The notes beneath the pieces are model-generated. The model did not search any database, was not told where the DNA came from, and worked only from the letters and a program-made list of their open reading frames with translations. The translations under genes and the position numbers were made by a program. A stretch of DNA of 63,363 nt, counting the filler, from Hyphochytrium catenoides (taxonomy: Eukaryota > Protista > Hyphochytriomycota): NCBI GenBank assembly GCA_900088475.1. It is 8 parts of 8 records of this genome, joined end to end, with 100 filler letters (N's around TTAATTAATTAA, not from the genome) between each part and the next. Parts side by side here need not be neighbours in the genome. Positions count along the whole stretch, not along the records: positions 60,147 to 63,363 come from FLMG01002370.1; 7 more parts are not named here. The stretch is one strand, 5' to 3'. This document shows, piece by piece, positions 60,170 through 63,363 of the stretch. Numbering within the stretch: the first letter of the stretch is position 1; each line of letters starts with the position of its first letter.

Positions 60170-62520
60170 CAGCTACAAAACGATAGAGAGAACAAAGGAA
60201 TCGAGCGAAGCGGTTTGATGCCTTTCCAACGGGAGGGCCTTGAGTCTGTGCCTCTGACTGACTGTGCGTCTGTTACTTCGGTAGTAGTAGTAAAACAGTT
60301 ATTCATGATACCATATCCTATGGCATTATGAGCTATGTGACCTTTGATATAATAATACACTACGCAATGAATTTCTGATTTCGGTGTAAAACAGTTCCAA
60401 ATAGACGATGAGGACCCTAATGTGACGTCCGTTAACGTATATAGAGGGAGAGAAGAAGAAGAGATACTTCTGCAGAAGAAGAACGTCGTGACGGGGAGAC
60501 GGGCGGGAGGTGTCGTCATCACAGAGCAGCAGCACAACAGAAGAGCAGAAGAAGAAGACGAAGAAGAAGAGGAGCGAGAGCCTACTAACTAGGAAGAAAG
60601 GACAAACAACGCACTTCCTCCCTCCTCTGCCGCTGCACCAGAACGCATGAGGAGATAGATACATTGCGAGCTGCTCGGAGCGACAAATCGACAAAGTGTA
60701 GTAGCTACTACTACTACCGATAAGCGAAGAAGGAGAAAATTTGTGAATGGCTGACCGGTTGTTGATGATGAGAGAACAGCAGCCGAACAGATAAAAAGAA
60801 GGGGAGTGGACGAAGAATCACTGCTGATGATGATCAGAGAAGGAATGATAAACGATGACGACGCTGAGTTGACGAGAGGAGCGAGAGCCTACCTAGGGAT
60901 AAAAAGGACAAACAACGCACCACTTTATCCCTCATTATTAGCCGCCGCTGCAGAACGCATGATGAGAAGATAGATACATACTACCGAGCTGCCGAGTGGC
61001 TGCTTTATCTCTCCTTAGCCGCTGCAGAGCGCATGAGGAGATAGATACATACCGAGCTGCTCATATAAGCTCTCATTATGCTTATCGTGCACAGTAAAGA
61101 GGTGAACAGGTCTTTGCTACGGTAAAGTTCTACCCTAGATATGGCATCATGTAAAGAAAAGCAGAGAAGTCTAGAGGAGGAGCGAGCCTGTAGACAAGAA
61201 GAAATGAGAGGAGAGAAATAATCTACTTGTCGTTAATCATGCTTTCCAGGATAGGGAAGAGGAGGAACTGTATCTCCAGTTCTAACAGAGCCACCCGCCT
61301 AGGAGATGAGAAGGAAAAGTTGTTGCACGGAAAGATATTGACTGATGAGGCAATGGATGGTGAGAATACAGTCGATGACACCAATCAGGGCTACAGCGAG
61401 AAATCCAAGGGGAAGAGAGAATCAACAGAAGAAGAAAGACAGCTCCCTTTCACAGGTTTGAATATGTTGAGCGTTGAGGAACAGCAGCATACCTTGCCAG
61501 CTGAAGAAAATTTTTGTTGTTGTTGTAGCAGATGACCATCAATAACAAATACTTGAAGCTTTCCTCATTGTTAACTCTTTGATAGAAACAATAACTAAAT
61601 AACGAAGAAAGTAGGACAAGGAATAAAGAAGAAGAATATTCCTTGCTACAGAGACCCCAGAACAAGAAGGTTCTCAACAAGAGACTCCTCTCATTATGCT
61701 TATTATGCAGAGGAAAGAGGAAGAACGGGTCTTTGCTGCTATGGTAAAGTTCTACTCTAGAAAATGCATCCTGTAAAGAAAAGCAGAGAAGACCAGAGGA
61801 AGAGCGGGCCTGAAGACAAGAAGAAATGAGATGAGAGAAATAATCTACTTTGTCCGGCAAGACAATGACGAGGCAATGGATGGTGAAAATATAGTCGATA
61901 ACATGAATCAGGGCTAAAGCGAGAAATCCAAGGGGAGGAGAGAATGAACAGGAAGAAAATGACAGCTCCCTTTCATCGATCACAGCTTTTTTGAATGTGT
62001 CTAGCGTTGAGGAACAGCAGCATACCTTTTCTCCAGCCAAAAAATTCTTTGTTGTTATAGCAGAAGATGACCATCAATAACAAATTCTTGAAGGTTGCCT
62101 GATGGTGGTAAAATCTTCTAATAGAAACAATAACAACCAAGCAACATCATCAGTGAGCATCCATCACTATCAAGGACTATCCAGCACAAACAAAGACGGC
62201 CCATAGATTTGAGCTACAAAATGGCCCCCAAAAAACAAAGGAATCCAGCGAAGCGGTTTGATGCCTTCCCCACGGGAGGGCCTTGAGTCTGTTCGCTCGG
62301 TAGTAGTAAAACAGATATTTAGGATCACAAATGCTGCCATGGCATTATGGATACTATAACCCTTGATATAATAGTACTGCTTGCACCAAATTTCTGATTT
62401 GGATGTAAAACAGTTCCAGATGCACGATTATGACCTACAGTAGTTGAAGGAACGACCGTTATCACATCACACTTCTGTAGGTAGAACTATGGACGCGTTT
62501 TTTTGAGAAGAAGATACCTG
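60170..62520. repeat. Nested diverged direct repeats (probable decayed transposon or satellite array)
   Basis: ~60170-60480 resembles ~62210-62520 (aacaaaggaatc.agcgaagcggtttgatgcctt...cgggagggccttgagtctgt). ~60570-60680 resembles ~60877-61060. ~61069-61590 resembles ~61688-62130 (ggtaaagttctac.ctaga...tgtaaagaaaagcagagaag; agcgttgaggaacagcagcatacctt). Confidence 0.85.
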
Positions 62521-63363
62521 CCTCTGTTTGTAGGAAAAGGCGCTGAAGGAGGAAGGAAGGACTGAAGAAGGAGGAAGGAAGGAGAACTGGCAACATATTG
62601 AGATGATGAGATAGAAGGAGATGAAGAAGGAGCTATGGCAGCAGCAGCTATGACACCGGGGAAAGAAGGGACTTCCTACTAGATAGCGCCGTGCCTGCGT
62701 TGCTTGTTGCTTGCTTGCCAGCTTATGATGATGAAAGAAGAAGGAGGGTGCCTGCTGTTCATGTATGTGGTGGTGCTTTATCAATCAGTCACCTCCTCTC
62801 TTTAGAAAGAGTGCAGTTATTATTAATGGTGGAGGCACAATGAAGCGCAGGATGTTAATAGAAGAAGAAGAAAGGGTTAGGGTTAGTGTTAGAAGACTTA
62901 GAAGATGTGTTGATGAGCATTGAGGAGCAGCAGCATATCTTGGCAGCAGCTGAATGAAGAAGTCTTCTACCATTTATGCAAGCAGATCCGCGTGATATTA
63001 AGGGCCCCTCTCTCCTAATTTTAATTCACACTTGCTCCTCTTTCAGCCATAGGGTGTATGTAATTTGGCGCCCTATTCATAGAGGAGAAGCCGTTGTTGT
63101 TGCTGCTAATAAGTAAGGACGAGGCAGTGATTGCAGGAGCTGAAGACAGGTACATCACTAGTCCTTGCTTGCGGAAAAAGTGAGAACTTGAGAGCTTGGT
63201 AGACTAGAGGAAGGAAAAGGCCAACAAGCACGGCAGTTAAAGGCACGCAAGTGATGATAGTGAGGGTAGCCGCTGTGTACGTCAGGATGGCCGGCCGCGG
63301 CTGCTAGTTCAACGGTGTATGGTCAAGTCCGTACTGCATTTTCTCTCTTGTTGTCCTTGACAC

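Noticed and set aside
58688-62520. CRISPR-like array
   Set aside because: Eukaryotic context; repeats are long, diverged and lack constant-length unique spacers; no cas genes.
1-63363. tRNA, rRNA or other structured RNA genes
   Set aside because: None recognised by eye; tRNAscan-SE and Infernal/Rfam would be needed to exclude them.

Overview
Eukaryotic nuclear DNA with spliceosomal introns and CTAAC/CTAAT-type branch points. A stramenopile-like protist or alga is inferred from gene content, not proven. The window is not one locus: seven identical 100-nt spacers (44 N + TTAATTAATTAA + 44 N) join eight contigs (1-13413, 13514-34589, 34690-47371, 47472-49865, 49966-52230, 52331-58462, 58563-60046, 60147-63363), and SHMT and DNA polymerase delta are cut at these joins. 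Housekeeping genes, all spliced by hand: EFCAB10-like EF-hand protein, ERG28, exportin-2/CSE1, amidophosphoribosyltransferase, NBP35, an EEP-family sphingomyelinase-like enzyme, a MAPR cytochrome-b5-like protein, mitochondrial SHMT (5' part), a SAP-PHD-SP-RING SUMO ligase and a POLD1 fragment. Three genes stand out. (1) An intronless hybrid histidine kinase with a plant-ETR1-type ethylene/Cu-binding domain (52559-55696). (2) A putatively N-myristoylated protein fusing a RelA/SpoT-like nucleotidyltransferase domain directly to a 42-aa TPR array (30439-32500), a candidate sensor-activated alarmone or second-messenger synthetase. (3) A secreted heme-thiolate peroxygenase convergent with (2). The rest is (GA)n/(CT)n microsatellite-rich intron and intergenic DNA, a gag zinc-knuckle remnant and nested diverged repeats. 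All homology calls come from motif recognition; no database search was run, and exon boundaries are manual.
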